Positions 44,328-55,807 are shown, numbered from the stretch's first letter. The stretch: 64,000 nt of DNA from a virus (IMGVR_UViG_3300031555_004891); one strand, 5' to 3'. Notes: generated by a model from the sequence alone, not told the origin. Numbers and translations: made by a program.

Positions 44328-44694
44328 AATTATTTTAGAACAGTTACAAAATTGTAAACATTGTCAATTACCAGCATATGATGATGATACTACGAAGATT
44401 TTTATTCCAAAACATGAGATAAAGAAAGAAATAGTTTTAACAGAAGGTCATTGCTATTTGATTGAGATAGCTGATTATGTATTAAATCCACCAGAAGGAT
44501 TTACTTTATCTAAAAATTGGAATGGCGGAACGAATCCACCAACAAAATATATGAACGTTTCTGTTATAAAATCTATGGGTAAAATGTTTAAAGTGGAAGG
44601 TGTTGGTATAGATATTATGTCCAGATGCACATTAGATTGTTTTTGGACAGGTTGGCTACCTGGAACAGCTGTTGTTATTAAGGAGGAAATTTAA
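44320..44694 (+). CDS. Hypothetical protein
   Basis: Overlapping operon ORF. Confidence 0.55.
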   Translation: MNKIILEQLQNCKHCQLPAYDDDTTKIFIPKHEIKKEIVLTEGHCYLIEIADYVLNPPEGFTLSKNWNGGTNPPTKYMNVSVIKSMGKMFKVEGVGIDIMSRCTLDCFWTGWLPGTAVVIKEEI

Positions 44695-44697
44695 GTT

Positions 44698-45714
44698 ATG
44701 GCGCAAAGCTTAGCAGTCAGATACAGACCAGAAACACTAGAAGAGGTTGTTAGCCAAAAATCAGTTATCAAAATTCTTAATAAGCAGTTGCAGCTTGACC
44801 AATTGAAACATAATTATTTATTCTGTGGTCCTAGCGGCACAGGGAAGACAACTACTGCCCGTGCGTTTGCAAAACTTATAAACGAAGGTGTTGGTGATCC
44901 TATAGAGATTGATGGCGCATCAAACAATGGTGTAGAAAACGTCAGAGCTATTATCAAAAATGCTCAAGAAAGATCTATTGAGGGTAAATATAAGATCTTT
45001 ATTATCGACGAAGCGCATATGATAACAACTGCTGGCTGGAATGCTTTTCTTAAATGCATTGAAGAGCCACCTGCTTTTACCATTTTTATGTTTTGTACTA
45101 CTGACCCCCAAAAAATACCTGCAACAATTATTAATCGTGTTATGAAGTTTCAACTCACAAAGATTGAAACAAATCTTATAGTCGATAGATTGAAATACAT
45201 ATGTAAATGCGAAAATGTTTCATACACAGATGAGGCTATTGAGTTTATCGCAAAAGTTGCTGATGGTGGTATGCGTGATGCTATAGCGAGTATGGAACAG
45301 TGTATTGATTATGGTGAGCTCAATATTGATAATGTTTTAACTGTATTAGGTTCTTACTCATATTCGATGTTTTTCAATCTAGTTAACTACATTATAGATG
45401 GAAAAGACCCAGAAGTGTTACAAACTGTAGAAGATGTGTATAATCAAGGATCTGATTTAAAACTTTTTGTAGAGCAATTTTTGAATTTCTGTTTAGATGT
45501 AGCTAAATATGCTATTTTTAATAATTGTTCGATGGTAAAGATACCTTCAAGCATGGAGCAAGACCTTAAAAATGCTACAAACTTCGAGAACGCTTCTAAA
45601 TATTATATGTATTTGACTGATAAGCTTCTCGATTTAAAAGTTATATTGAAAAATGACACAAATATTAAAGACACTGTAGAAGTTTATTTCTTAAAAATGT
45701 CTAGATGTATGTGA
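44698..45714 (+). CDS. dnaX: Clamp loader ATPase (DnaX gamma/tau-like)
   Basis: YRP, GPSGTGKTT, IDGASN, IIDEAH, EEPP, GGMRDA. Confidence 0.92.
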   Translation: MAQSLAVRYRPETLEEVVSQKSVIKILNKQLQLDQLKHNYLFCGPSGTGKTTTARAFAKLINEGVGDPIEIDGASNNGVENVRAIIKNAQERSIEGKYKIFIIDEAHMITTAGWNAFLKCIEEPPAFTIFMFCTTDPQKIPATIINRVMKFQLTKIETNLIVDRLKYICKCENVSYTDEAIEFIAKVADGGMRDAIASMEQCIDYGELNIDNVLTVLGSYSYSMFFNLVNYIIDGKDPEVLQTVEDVYNQGSDLKLFVEQFLNFCLDVAKYAIFNNCSMVKIPSSMEQDLKNATNFENASKYYMYLTDKLLDLKVILKNDTNIKDTVEVYFLKMSRCM

Positions 45715-45721
45715 GGTTTAT

Positions 45722-46504
45722 ATGGTAGGTCAAGAGCATATAATTAAATATATAGATAATAAGACCAGGGATACTTTCCCTAGGTCTTTAATACTATTAG
45801 GTGAAACAGGTTGCGGTAAACATACTGTTATAGCATACATAAAGGATAAACTTAAACTTGAGGTAATTAATATATCTGATAATCTAAATCTAGAATTTAT
45901 AGAAAATCTTTATAGTAAACCAGAGCCTTATATTTATGTTATAGACGCACCTAAGATAACGATTAAAGAGCAGAATATAATTCTTAAATTTGTAGAAGAG
46001 CCACTTAAAAATTCTTATATAATTATTATTGCTGAAACAAAAAATCAGCTTCTACAAACTGTTTATAATAGATGTCAAGTGTTATCTTTTAATCCATATA
46101 GTAGAGAGCAGTTACAGCAATTCACATCAGATGAGTTGGTTCTCAAAATAGCTAAAACACCAGGTCAAGTAACTGATCTTTTAGCTAGTGATTTGAAAAG
46201 TATGCTTGAGTTAGCTGAAAAGATTGTAAGAAAGATTGGTAACGCAAATTTACCGAATGTTTTAACAATATCAGATAAAATAGCTTATAAGAATGAGAAA
46301 GATAAATTTGATCTAGATATTTTTTCAAGAATTCTGTTATATACTGTAAAGCAGGAAATTATCTGTAATAACACAGACCCTAGATATCTAGCTATGTATG
46401 ATTTAGTACGAGAATGGTTACTAAAGAAAAAAGCACCAACTATAAGTCAAAAATTCTTATTTGAAAATTATCTAGTTAAATTACATGAGCTTATGAGAGG
46501 TTAA
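45722..46504 (+). CDS. holB: Clamp loader delta-prime-like subunit
   Basis: MVGQ, GETGCGK, QNIILKFVEEP, TVYNRC. Confidence 0.8.
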   Translation: MVGQEHIIKYIDNKTRDTFPRSLILLGETGCGKHTVIAYIKDKLKLEVINISDNLNLEFIENLYSKPEPYIYVIDAPKITIKEQNIILKFVEEPLKNSYIIIIAETKNQLLQTVYNRCQVLSFNPYSREQLQQFTSDELVLKIAKTPGQVTDLLASDLKSMLELAEKIVRKIGNANLPNVLTISDKIAYKNEKDKFDLDIFSRILLYTVKQEIICNNTDPRYLAMYDLVREWLLKKKAPTISQKFLFENYLVKLHELMRG

Positions 46505-46505
46505 T

Positions 46506-47426
46506 ATGACTATTGAAAGCTTAAAAGAGTTAATTGAAACAAATGCTGATTTAGATAGTATGTATATTTTTTTGAATTCTGAAAATACTTTTCTATCAAA
46601 TCAATATATAGTAGAGATTTCAAAAAAGAAAAACTTAAAAATAGTTTACGTAGAGGATCTTAAAGCTCTTATTCCAGATAAGAATGATATTTTTGGCGTA
46701 GAAGAAACTATAGATAGCACCTGCTTATATGTTCATCATCAAGAAACATTTGATTTTAAAGATTCTAGTTTGAAAGAATTAAAGAATCTTATCATTGTTT
46801 GCGATAAGATTGATGATGAAACAAAAGAAATTTTTGATCCATATATTATAAAAATGCCAAGACTAGAAGAGTGGATGATAAAAGATTATGTATACACTAT
46901 AGCAGATGGGGTAGATACTGTTAAATTAGATTGGCTTATAAAAGTTGCTAATAATGACATTTATCGCATAGAAAATGAAATAGCAAAAATATCTATATTT
47001 CCTAAAGTTGAAAGAAATTATATTTTTGATCTTCTTATGGAAGAAGATGCTTTTGCTGACTTAAATAACTATCACATATTTGACTTATCTACAGCATTGT
47101 TACAGAAAGACCTGATTAAAATTGCTGAGTTAGTAGAAGATGTTAAAAGTTGGGATTGTGAACCGCTCGGCTTGCAAGTATTAACTTCTCAGAATTTTAG
47201 AAAAGTTTTACAAATTCAGTTATCCCCTAAACCAGATCCAGATAAATTAGGCTTAACTAGTAAACAGATTTGGGCTATACAAAAATATAACTGTGGCTTT
47301 TATTCTAGAGATCAATTAGTAAAGATTTTTGATAAAGTAACCTATGCAGATTATATGATGAAAAATGGTGACTTATCGAATGATAAGCTAGTTGATTATT
47401 TAATTCTTAATATTTTATCGGCATAA
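46506..47426 (+). CDS. holA: Clamp loader delta-like subunit
   Basis: NDIYRIENEIAKI, IFDL, EPL, D..MKNG pattern; synteny with dnaX/holB. Confidence 0.7.
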   Translation: MTIESLKELIETNADLDSMYIFLNSENTFLSNQYIVEISKKKNLKIVYVEDLKALIPDKNDIFGVEETIDSTCLYVHHQETFDFKDSSLKELKNLIIVCDKIDDETKEIFDPYIIKMPRLEEWMIKDYVYTIADGVDTVKLDWLIKVANNDIYRIENEIAKISIFPKVERNYIFDLLMEEDAFADLNNYHIFDLSTALLQKDLIKIAELVEDVKSWDCEPLGLQVLTSQNFRKVLQIQLSPKPDPDKLGLTSKQIWAIQKYNCGFYSRDQLVKIFDKVTYADYMMKNGDLSNDKLVDYLILNILSA

Positions 47427-47439
47427 TGGAGGTAGCTGT

Positions 47440-48477
47440 TTGAAAGTTTTAATTGTAGGTGATGTGCATTGGAGTGAATATGCATCAATTGTCAGAAAGC
47501 GTGGTCCTAAATATTCTAAACGTCTTGAAAATTTAATTAATTCTGTTAATTGGGTAGAAGCAACAGCAGAAGAATATAACTGTGATATGATTATTTTTCT
47601 AGGCGATTTCTTCGATAAGTCTGAACTTAATGCTGCTGAAGTAACAGCTTTGCAAGAAGTTGTTTGGGCTAGAATACCACATATTTATTTAGTTGGTAAT
47701 CATGAAGAAATGCTTCAAGATCTTTCTACTAGCTCAGCTCATTTCTTTAATTCTATCCCTTACGCTAGAGTTATAGATGAGCCTACTTTTGAAGAGTTGC
47801 CTGGCGGGATGTTTGTATACATACCTTATATTTTAGAAGAAGAGCGTAAACCTTTAACTGAGTATATTCCAGATACTATAGCTAACACTTTTGTATTTAG
47901 TCACAATGATATAAAAGGTATAAATTTTGGTCATTTTGAGTCAAAAGAAGGTTTTGAAGTTTCAGAAATAGAAGAACATTGTGATAGATTCTTTAATGGT
48001 CATTTGCATAATGGTACGCAATTCTGTAAGAATGGTTTTAATATAGGTAATTTAACTGGTCAGAATTTCAGTGAAGATGCTTCTAAATATGAGCATAAAG
48101 TTTGCGTATTTGAAACAGAAGATTATCAGCAATTATGGTTAGAAAATCCTTACGCACTAAATTTCTATAAATTCGAAATAAATGATATAAATACGTATTT
48201 ACGTAAAATTAAAGACATAAAAAACAATTCTGTTGTAACTATTAAGGTACCAGAAGATTCTGTAGCAGATGTAAAGAAACTCATAGCAGAAAATGATAAA
48301 ATTATCGAATATAGAATAATTTGTGTACCAAATAAACTTGATAGCAATAATCAAAAAGAAAATGTAGTAATAGAATCTGTTAATCATTTGGACCAGTTTG
48401 TGCAGTATATAAAAGATAATTTAGAAATGACTGATATTATAGTATCAGAGTTATCGGAGGTATGTAAATGCAATTAA
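47440..48477 (+). CDS. sbcD: SbcD/Mre11-like (gp47) nuclease
   Basis: GDVH, GDFFD, GNHE, FSH, GHLH. Confidence 0.85.
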   Translation: MKVLIVGDVHWSEYASIVRKRGPKYSKRLENLINSVNWVEATAEEYNCDMIIFLGDFFDKSELNAAEVTALQEVVWARIPHIYLVGNHEEMLQDLSTSSAHFFNSIPYARVIDEPTFEELPGGMFVYIPYILEEERKPLTEYIPDTIANTFVFSHNDIKGINFGHFESKEGFEVSEIEEHCDRFFNGHLHNGTQFCKNGFNIGNLTGQNFSEDASKYEHKVCVFETEDYQQLWLENPYALNFYKFEINDINTYLRKIKDIKNNSVVTIKVPEDSVADVKKLIAENDKIIEYRIICVPNKLDSNNQKENVVIESVNHLDQFVQYIKDNLEMTDIIVSELSEVCKCN

Positions 48478-50336
48478 GATTTAAACGAGTTATAATTGAA
48501 AATTTCTTATCTATTGGTACTGCTGATATCAATCTTGAGGATAGAGGCTATTGTCAAATTATTGGTGTTAATAATAATCCCGCAGATCTGGCGAAGTCAA
48601 ATGGTAGCGGTAAAAGCAGCCTCATGTCAGCTATTGTTTGGGCTTTAACAGGTGAAACAGCGAGTGGTGTTAAAGATGTAGTTAACATGTTTAATCCAGG
48701 TGGTACATCAGTAGAATTACAGTTCACTGCTGATAATGATTCTTATGTTATTACCAGATATAAAGAGCATAAGAAGTTTAAAACTGACTTGAAAATTTTA
48801 GTTAACAGTGAGGATAAATCAGGAAAAGGTATTCGGGATAGTCAAAAGCTTTTAGAATCATATTTACCAGATTTAACACCATCACTTATTGGCTCTGTAA
48901 TTATTTTAGGTCAAGGCTTACCACAACGTTTTACTAATAACACACCTTCTGGAAGAAAAGAAGTCTTAGAAAAATTATCTAAGTCAGATTTCATGATAGA
49001 GGATTTGAAAAAACGTTTGGTAGAAAGAAAAGCAACCTTAAATAAATTGTTGCGTGAGCAAGAAGACAACATTTTAGCAGCTAACACCCAAAAAACTACC
49101 TTACAAACTCAAATAACGCAATCAGAACAGCGCTTAGCAACTTTAGAAGATCCTGCTATTTATTCTGATCTAATAAAGCGCACAGAAGAAAAGATTTCTT
49201 ATATAGATAATAAAGTTCAAGAATTAAAAACAGATCTTGACTTATATAGAGATACTTATCAAAAAGCTTCTTTGCAGAAAGCTGAAATTGAAAAAGATAT
49301 TGCTGAAAGAAGAAATGCAGTAAATGTAGAGTTCTTAAATGCTAAAAATGAGATAAATATAAGAAAGACTGAATTTCAATCTGCAATCGCAAATCTAACT
49401 AGAGAAATTACAAAAGCAAAATCAATCAAAGATACTTGCCCTACATGCGGTAGAAAATTTGAAAATGTTTATATTCCAGATACTACAGAGCAAGAATGTG
49501 AGGTAGAATCGTTAAGAATTAAAATAGCTGATTTAGATAAAATTTTATCTGAAGTAGTTTCTAGTAATAATGCTGAGATGGATTCTTTTGACGCAGAATT
49601 ATCAGAAAGGACTGAAGCATTAACTAGAGAGCTCTTAGAAACTCAAGCACATATTTCAAGTTTAGAGAAAGCTATAAGCGCACAACAGTATGAGAGAAAT
49701 GTTGAGCAAACATCATTGACTAAATATGAAAATCTTAAATCTACATATTATGCAACAGTAGATGCTATAAGCAGCACTATTGCGAGCAATAAAACCGCAA
49801 TTGCAGAATTAGAGCAAAATCTGGTATATTATATTGATAGTAAGGAAAAGCTAGAAGTCCGTCTAGAAGTAATAAATAAATTTACAACTATTACTACTAG
49901 AGATTTTAGAGGGTACTTGCTTAAAAATGTAATAGAATTTATTGATAAGAAGTCAAAAGATTATTGCAGATTTATTTTCGATACGGATAAGTTAGACTTT
50001 ATTCTTGATGGAAATAATATAGATATCAGATATTGTGATAAGCAGTATGAATCTTTATCAGGTGGTGAGAAACAGAAAGTAGATTTAATTGTACAATTTG
50101 CTATCAGAGATATGCTCTGTCAATTTTTAGGTTTTGCATCAAATATTTTAGTATTAGATGAGATATTTGATAATCTGGATAGTATAGGTTGTGATAGAGT
50201 TATTAATATGTTGTCTCAAAATTTGTCTGATATTGATAGTGTTTTTATTATATCGCATCATCAAGACCTTGCATTACCTTCTGACTCTACTATTACAGTT
50301 ATTAAACAAAATAACGGAGTCAGCACGGTACAATGA
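48468..50336 (+). CDS. sbcC: SbcC/Rad50-like (gp46) ATPase
   Basis: NGSGKS, CPTC hook, LSGGE, LDE. Confidence 0.9.
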   Translation: MQLRFKRVIIENFLSIGTADINLEDRGYCQIIGVNNNPADLAKSNGSGKSSLMSAIVWALTGETASGVKDVVNMFNPGGTSVELQFTADNDSYVITRYKEHKKFKTDLKILVNSEDKSGKGIRDSQKLLESYLPDLTPSLIGSVIILGQGLPQRFTNNTPSGRKEVLEKLSKSDFMIEDLKKRLVERKATLNKLLREQEDNILAANTQKTTLQTQITQSEQRLATLEDPAIYSDLIKRTEEKISYIDNKVQELKTDLDLYRDTYQKASLQKAEIEKDIAERRNAVNVEFLNAKNEINIRKTEFQSAIANLTREITKAKSIKDTCPTCGRKFENVYIPDTTEQECEVESLRIKIADLDKILSEVVSSNNAEMDSFDAELSERTEALTRELLETQAHISSLEKAISAQQYERNVEQTSLTKYENLKSTYYATVDAISSTIASNKTAIAELEQNLVYYIDSKEKLEVRLEVINKFTTITTRDFRGYLLKNVIEFIDKKSKDYCRFIFDTDKLDFILDGNNIDIRYCDKQYESLSGGEKQKVDLIVQFAIRDMLCQFLGFASNILVLDEIFDNLDSIGCDRVINMLSQNLSDIDSVFIISHHQDLALPSDSTITVIKQNNGVSTVQ

Positions 50337-51187
50337 AAGAGTAGTTAAGAAAACGAACAGTAGATTATTGTATATATGTAGATGAGCATATATACACAAA
50401 TAATTTTGATCCAGAATAGATTTTTGATGCTTTATATAATATAGTTTATGTTTTAGCTATTAAGCATAAGCTATTTAAAAGCTGGGAAGATTATGAACCA
50501 TTTGCGATGGATTGTTCCTGTAGATTGTATTAGCGTCTAACTAATCCAAAGCAATTTTTACCAGAAGGTGATCCCAGAAAAATAAAGAAGATAAAATCTA
50601 TTCTAAATTATATTAAGAAAACATTATTCTTAATGAAAATAGATTATCAGAAAGAATTTTTTGGACAATAGTTTGTTCCTGAAATGCATGATCAATCTGT
50701 ATAGGATATCCGTGAGAGACTTGTTGGATCTGCTCACGAGCAAACAAAAAACTTTTTGCATGTAGATTTTGAGCATTATTTGAAAAAAATATCTCGAACA
50801 ATGAAACATTTCTTAAAGTCTACACCATATGCAAATAATCCAGTCATGTTACATAATATTTATTTAAGCTGTCTCATGACTATGCTTAATTAGATTACAT
50901 TAAATAATAATAACAAAAAACGTCTTGAAAATAAGCTTAAAAAAGGTTATGAGACATCGGATTTTATAAATAGAGTTTATATGGAAGAAGCATCTACATC
51001 AACTGTACTTTTTCATTTAGATGATAGTATGTTTAATTATATAAACACTCTAGTTGCTAGAATAAAGAAATTGATTGTTAAAGATTTACGAGATCTTATT
51101 GGTAGTGCAGAACCCACAGATACAGTAGTGCAAGCTATCATAGCATCATCGATGGAGGAATATTCGGATGATCCGGAACAATATTGA
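50333..51187 (+). CDS. Hypothetical protein, possible late sigma factor (284 aa, code 15)
   Basis: ATGA overlap with sbcC; 6 in-frame TAG; ends TGA; adjacent to gp46/47-like genes as T4 gp55 is; function inferred. Confidence 0.5.
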
Positions 51188-51542
51188 GAACTTAAAGCAG
51201 CAAGATTTTTACTCATTGCTTTTATTTGCTCTATATAAATTTAATGACGTTAAAGAATATTCTTCTTTGAGTCAATTAGCATATATTTTAGATAAAGATA
51301 ACTTGCTTAATTTATGTGAGTATTTTGGTGGTCAAACTATTACGGTACCAACATTGCAAGAATTAGAATCTCTCATATATTCGCTTTTATTATATCAATA
51401 TGTTAAGATTGACGGTATGGAATATGATGAAGCACTTAAGCTAATCGGACATGAGTCATGTGAGTTGCGTCAAGTAAAGAAAAGATATAAAGCATTGTGT
51501 GATGTTTTAGAAAATTACTCTTTTAAACCGCAGGAGAATTAA
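51168..51542 (+). CDS. Mor-like transcriptional regulator
   Basis: LCEYFGGQTITVP motif. Confidence 0.55.
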   Translation: MIRNNIENLKQQDFYSLLLFALYKFNDVKEYSSLSQLAYILDKDNLLNLCEYFGGQTITVPTLQELESLIYSLLLYQYVKIDGMEYDEALKLIGHESCELRQVKKRYKALCDVLENYSFKPQEN

Positions 51543-51545
51543 CCT

Positions 51546-51746
51546 ATGGTAGAAGAAATAGCGAAAAGTATGCTAGCGGATGTAAAAAAGCGAAATAGGA
51601 CTAAAGAAGAGCTTTTACCATATTATGTTTAGAAACGGTTAGATAAATCTATAAAAACATATTATAAACAATTGCTTGAAAGCTGTAATTTCTTAAGCAA
51701 TGTTACTGATGAGTCTAAAGTAATAAAAAAGTTAGCTAAATTATAA
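51546..51746 (+). CDS. Hypothetical protein (66 aa, one TAG)
   Basis: ATG after AGGAG; code 15 ORF. Confidence 0.5.
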
Positions 51747-51757
51747 GGAATGTAGAG

Positions 51758-52099
51758 ATGGAAGATAAGAAACCAATAAATATTCTAGATGATATATGTA
51801 AAATAACGACTATTCCTACTGCGTCTATGAATAAGCTTTTTAATAAGATGGAATGGTGTATATGTAATGCAGTAGAAGAGAGTAAAATATCTGGAGAAGC
51901 TATTACAGAAGTAAATATAGGGATTGGTAATTTAATAATTTCTATAGAAAATAATACATTACAATATAAATTTATTCCATCAGCTAAATTAGAAAAAGGT
52001 TTAGTTGAAACCGCTGTATATGGAAAAAATCCACTAGTGGTTAATTTAGAAGAAACTTTTGCTAATCGTATAGTAAAAACATTTAAGGATATGTTCTGA
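51758..52099 (+). CDS. Hypothetical protein
   Basis: Track ORF in operon context. Confidence 0.55.
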   Translation: MEDKKPINILDDICKITTIPTASMNKLFNKMEWCICNAVEESKISGEAITEVNIGIGNLIISIENNTLQYKFIPSAKLEKGLVETAVYGKNPLVVNLEETFANRIVKTFKDMF

Positions 52100-52650
52100 T
52101 GTCAGAAGAAAAAAACTTACCTGAGATAATTGAATAGAAATCCATTTAGACGATGACTCAAGATTTAGCTCAACAAACTGAGCAGATAGTCTCAGATATA
52201 TTAGATCAAGATGACCCTGATAAAATGAAATAGCTTATAGGCTATTTTAATATGGCTCAATCTAAAAAAGATGTTTTGAGAACTTTATCTTATAATCAAC
52301 TTCTGGATGCTGTAACAGAATAGATGAGTGAAAGGGTAACAAAACGTGCAGATCAATTTAGTAATAAAGATTTACTTGATTACATGAACACTATGAACAG
52401 CTCGCTTGAAAGAGCTAGAAAGCAGATAAATAGTGTTGATGAAACACCAATGATTACACTTAATCAGCAAAACAATACAGTGATTCTAGATACGGATTCT
52501 TTAGATAGGGATTCTAAGAAAAGGGTAGCAGACGCAGTTAAATCAATACTTAAAAAATTAGAAGCTCAGAAAAATCTTGATGAAAGTATGGAAATTACAG
52601 AAGAATCACCTGTATTAAATAATGATACATCAGAAGATGACAACATATAA
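52099..52650 (+). CDS. Hypothetical helical protein (possibly terminase small subunit-like)
   Basis: TGATG overlap; 4 TAG; TLNQQNNTV segment; function weak. Confidence 0.45.
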
Positions 52651-52669
52651 AATTTGGAGGAAATTTTAA

Positions 52670-52981
52670 ATGCCAGAAACTAAAAGTAAAGATATCGCTG
52701 CAGAAGAGGTGAAAGAAGAGATTAAAGCAGTTCCCGCTAAATCTGTCAAGCCTATTGTTAAGCCTGCAGCCATGACTAAAGCTAGTGATAATTTAACTAA
52801 AATAAATGCAGATCAAAAGAAAGAGATCGAAGAATTGAAAGCTAAGGTAGCTGAGTATGAGCAAAGAGATGCTCAATTCCAGCAAGCATATGCTCAGCAA
52901 GAAGCTAAATATGAAAAATTATTTAATGCTTACGCAACACTTCTCGATCTTTATCTCGGTAATTTAGATAATAGAAATTAA
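52670..52981 (+). CDS. Coiled-coil hypothetical protein
   Basis: GGAGG RBS. Confidence 0.6.
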   Translation: MPETKSKDIAAEEVKEEIKAVPAKSVKPIVKPAAMTKASDNLTKINADQKKEIEELKAKVAEYEQRDAQFQQAYAQQEAKYEKLFNAYATLLDLYLGNLDNRN

Positions 52982-53072
52982 TAAAATATGAAAAAGAATT
53001 TAGTGGGGATATTTCAAAAGCATATCGGACCACTAACTATTAATAAATTGAGTATTTGTTAACGGGAGGTAT

Positions 53073-53900
53073 ATGAAAATGCAAACTCAAGAAATAACCC
53101 CTATTAAATGTGAGTTACCACAAACATTAGGTAATAATATACAAATCTATGTATTATCAGATGTACATATTGGTGACCCACATTGTGATATGGAAGTGCT
53201 TAAATAGATTGTTGATAAAATTAAAAATACACCTGAAATGTACTGCATTCTTTTAGGTGATATTCTCAATACAGCTCTCAAAACTTCTAAATCAGATATT
53301 TATTCTGAAACTATGAACGTAGCAGAAGCGCAGAAAAGAGCTGTAGAATTGCTTTATCCAATTAAAGATAAGATTCTTGCTATGACGCCAGGCAATCATG
53401 AGCTTCGAGTTTGGAGAGAAGCTGGTGTAGATATCTCATTATGGCTAGCAGAAAAACTTGAAATCACTGATAAATATAGAAATGAAGCTATAGCTCTTAA
53501 CATTAAATTTGGTAAAGATGTAGATGGTAAACCTTTCCATTTAAATATTTTCGGTCAACATGGTCAATATGGCGGTGGTAGAAAATTAGGGTCTGCTATG
53601 AACGCTTTAGAAGATCTTGATGGTATTATGTGTAATGCAGATATTTATATCAGAGCTCATACACATAATGCAGTGCAAGGTAGCAGAAAAGTATATTATT
53701 TCAATCAATATGGTAATGTAGACTGTAAAGTAAAATATTACTATAACAGCCCTAGTGTTTTAACATTTGGTGGATATGCTCTAGAAAAGGGTTATAAACC
53801 TACTAATGATGATCCTGCATATCTTAATATCAGAGCTGTTAGTACTAGAAAAGATAAGAGAACATTAAAAAGCTTTAAGATAGATAAAATCATGCTTTAA
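53073..53900 (+). CDS. Calcineurin-like metallophosphoesterase
   Basis: SDVHIG upstream of a TAG, then LGD, GNHE, HG, AHTH. Confidence 0.85.
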
Positions 53901-54030
53901 TAGCTGATTTTCATAGCTAAATTATATAGATTTCAATAGTTAAGTTCTATAAGAATTATTAAATAAGAGTATCTGTAAGCCCAGAAATGGTAAGTCAGAT
54001 AATAAAGAAATAATTGAGGAGAACATTAAG

Positions 54031-54516
54031 ATGAAAGTATATTCGGAAATTACAAAAGAACTTTATGACACTGTTGATGAGTGTCAAACTGCAGAAGAAA
54101 ATTTTGCAAAAGAAGAAGCAGCTAAGAAAGCTAAAGCAGAAGAAGATTTGAAGCAAGCTGCTGTTGCTGCAACAAATGAAAAAAATGCAGTAAGCAAAAG
54201 AAAAAAAGAGCTTGCTGATGCTGTAGAAGCAGCTGATGAGGTTTATTCTGAAGCTTGCAAGAAATATGACGCAGCAAAAGCTCAAGCTAGAGAAATACTT
54301 GCAGAAGCACAAAAGAAGGCCGATGTAATTATTGGTCAAGCAGCAAAAGAAGTACGTGAAGCTTCCCAGAAGAAATTTAATGCAGTATTACATTTTAACA
54401 ACGAATTTGGTACTTACAGAACAGTTTTAACTGGTAGTAAAGCTCTCGAAGAAGCTAACAGAATGCTAAACAATTTCTGGTCAAATAATCCACTTAGAGA
54501 CTTTTTCGATCTGTAA
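54031..54516 (+). CDS. Ala/Lys/Glu-rich coiled-coil protein
   Basis: GAGGAG RBS; terminator follows. Confidence 0.65.
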   Translation: MKVYSEITKELYDTVDECQTAEENFAKEEAAKKAKAEEDLKQAAVAATNEKNAVSKRKKELADAVEAADEVYSEACKKYDAAKAQAREILAEAQKKADVIIGQAAKEVREASQKKFNAVLHFNNEFGTYRTVLTGSKALEEANRMLNNFWSNNPLRDFFDL

Positions 54517-54552
54517 GATAAAATACACTGAGAACTTAATTATGAAATATAT

Positions 54553-54590
54553 AAAAGCTATCTAGAATCATTTCTAGATAGCTTTCTTTT
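54553..54590 (+). terminator. Rho-independent terminator
   Basis: AAAGCTATCTAGA/TCTAGATAGCTTT plus T tract. Confidence 0.7.
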
Positions 54591-54651
54591 ATGTAAGTAA
54601 TTCCTGTATAAAATAATGTTAAAGTATACGCACAAAGATTTGAGGATTTTT

Positions 54652-55014
54652 ATGGAAAACATTATCCAACCTGAGCTTTTGATAACAGAAACAGCATTAG
54701 CCTGGCTATAGAAAACACATTAGCCATTTTGTTTCACTGATTTTATGGGCTATATTTTTGTTTTAGATGTTAAAAAATCAGTTGCTGCTTCTATAGATGT
54801 ATTTGGTGATATTAAGATATTTTCATGTGATAAAAATAGAATGTTATCAATAAAGAAAGTTCAGAAATACATTAAAAAATTAGTTAAAAGTAATTTTCTA
54901 GAAATAGGCTACGAACCTTTTCCAGAATTTTCAAATAGAAAAAATATAAAAATAAATCCAGCAAAAGTTATTTTTATGGAAGAGCCATTATTTGGTAAAT
55001 TAAATGAGGATTAA
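54652..55014 (+). CDS. Hypothetical protein (2 TAG)
   Basis: ATG after GAGG; code 15 extension of track ORF. Confidence 0.55.
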
Positions 55015-55019
55015 ATAAA

Positions 55020-55445
55020 ATGGGAATGGAAAGCTATTTAAGCATTGTTTAGAAGAAAACTGGTAAAAAATTTATACTAAACTATTACTGCAATTTTATG
55101 TCTTTGCATAATTGGATAAAGCAGGATAAATATTGCGAGAAGTTAATAGATGATGAAAGCTATAAAGTTAGCGAGATTAGTTTACATAAGTTAAAAGATT
55201 ATTTAACACCTATGTATAAAGAAGTGATCGTCTTAGATGAGAATGATTGTTTCTACTGGGATGAAAATTGCTGGCCTAACAAATATCAAGGTAAACCGAT
55301 ATTTAATTGGCACGAATTTAGTCCTATAAAAACTGGTAGCACATATAAATTGATTACTTTATATCACAACATTTGTACGTTAATCAATTTTATATCAAAT
55401 GATTTCGATAATGAGTATGAAATATATTATGAGTGTTCATATTAA
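55020..55445 (+). CDS. Hypothetical protein (1 TAG)
   Basis: ATG after GAGG; code 15 extension. Confidence 0.55.
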
Positions 55446-55471
55446 GTTAATAAATTCTGCGGAGGTAATAA

Positions 55472-55807
55472 ATGAGTAAAAAGCATTTTTAGAAATATTA
55501 CGATCAAGTTTGCGATCAATATCACACATTTATTGAGCAATTAAAAGTATTTGATGAGGAATGTAAAAAAGGTATAGTTCCACCAGAAATTATAGATAAT
55601 GTAAAAGCTACAATTGCTCCATTGAAAAATAATTGGGAAACACTCAATTATGTTATGTATTTATTAAACAAACCAAATAAAAAGTCGAAAGAAAAAAGAT
55701 ATGAAAATCAAAATAAAAATCTTCTAAAAAACTGTAAAACAAAAGAAGCAGTTATAGATGAAAATCAGTCATGTCTTGAAAAAGTTAAAGAAGTAACAAA
55801 AGTTTAA
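55472..55807 (+). CDS. Hypothetical protein (1 TAG)
   Basis: ATG after GGAGGT; code 15 extension. Confidence 0.6.
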
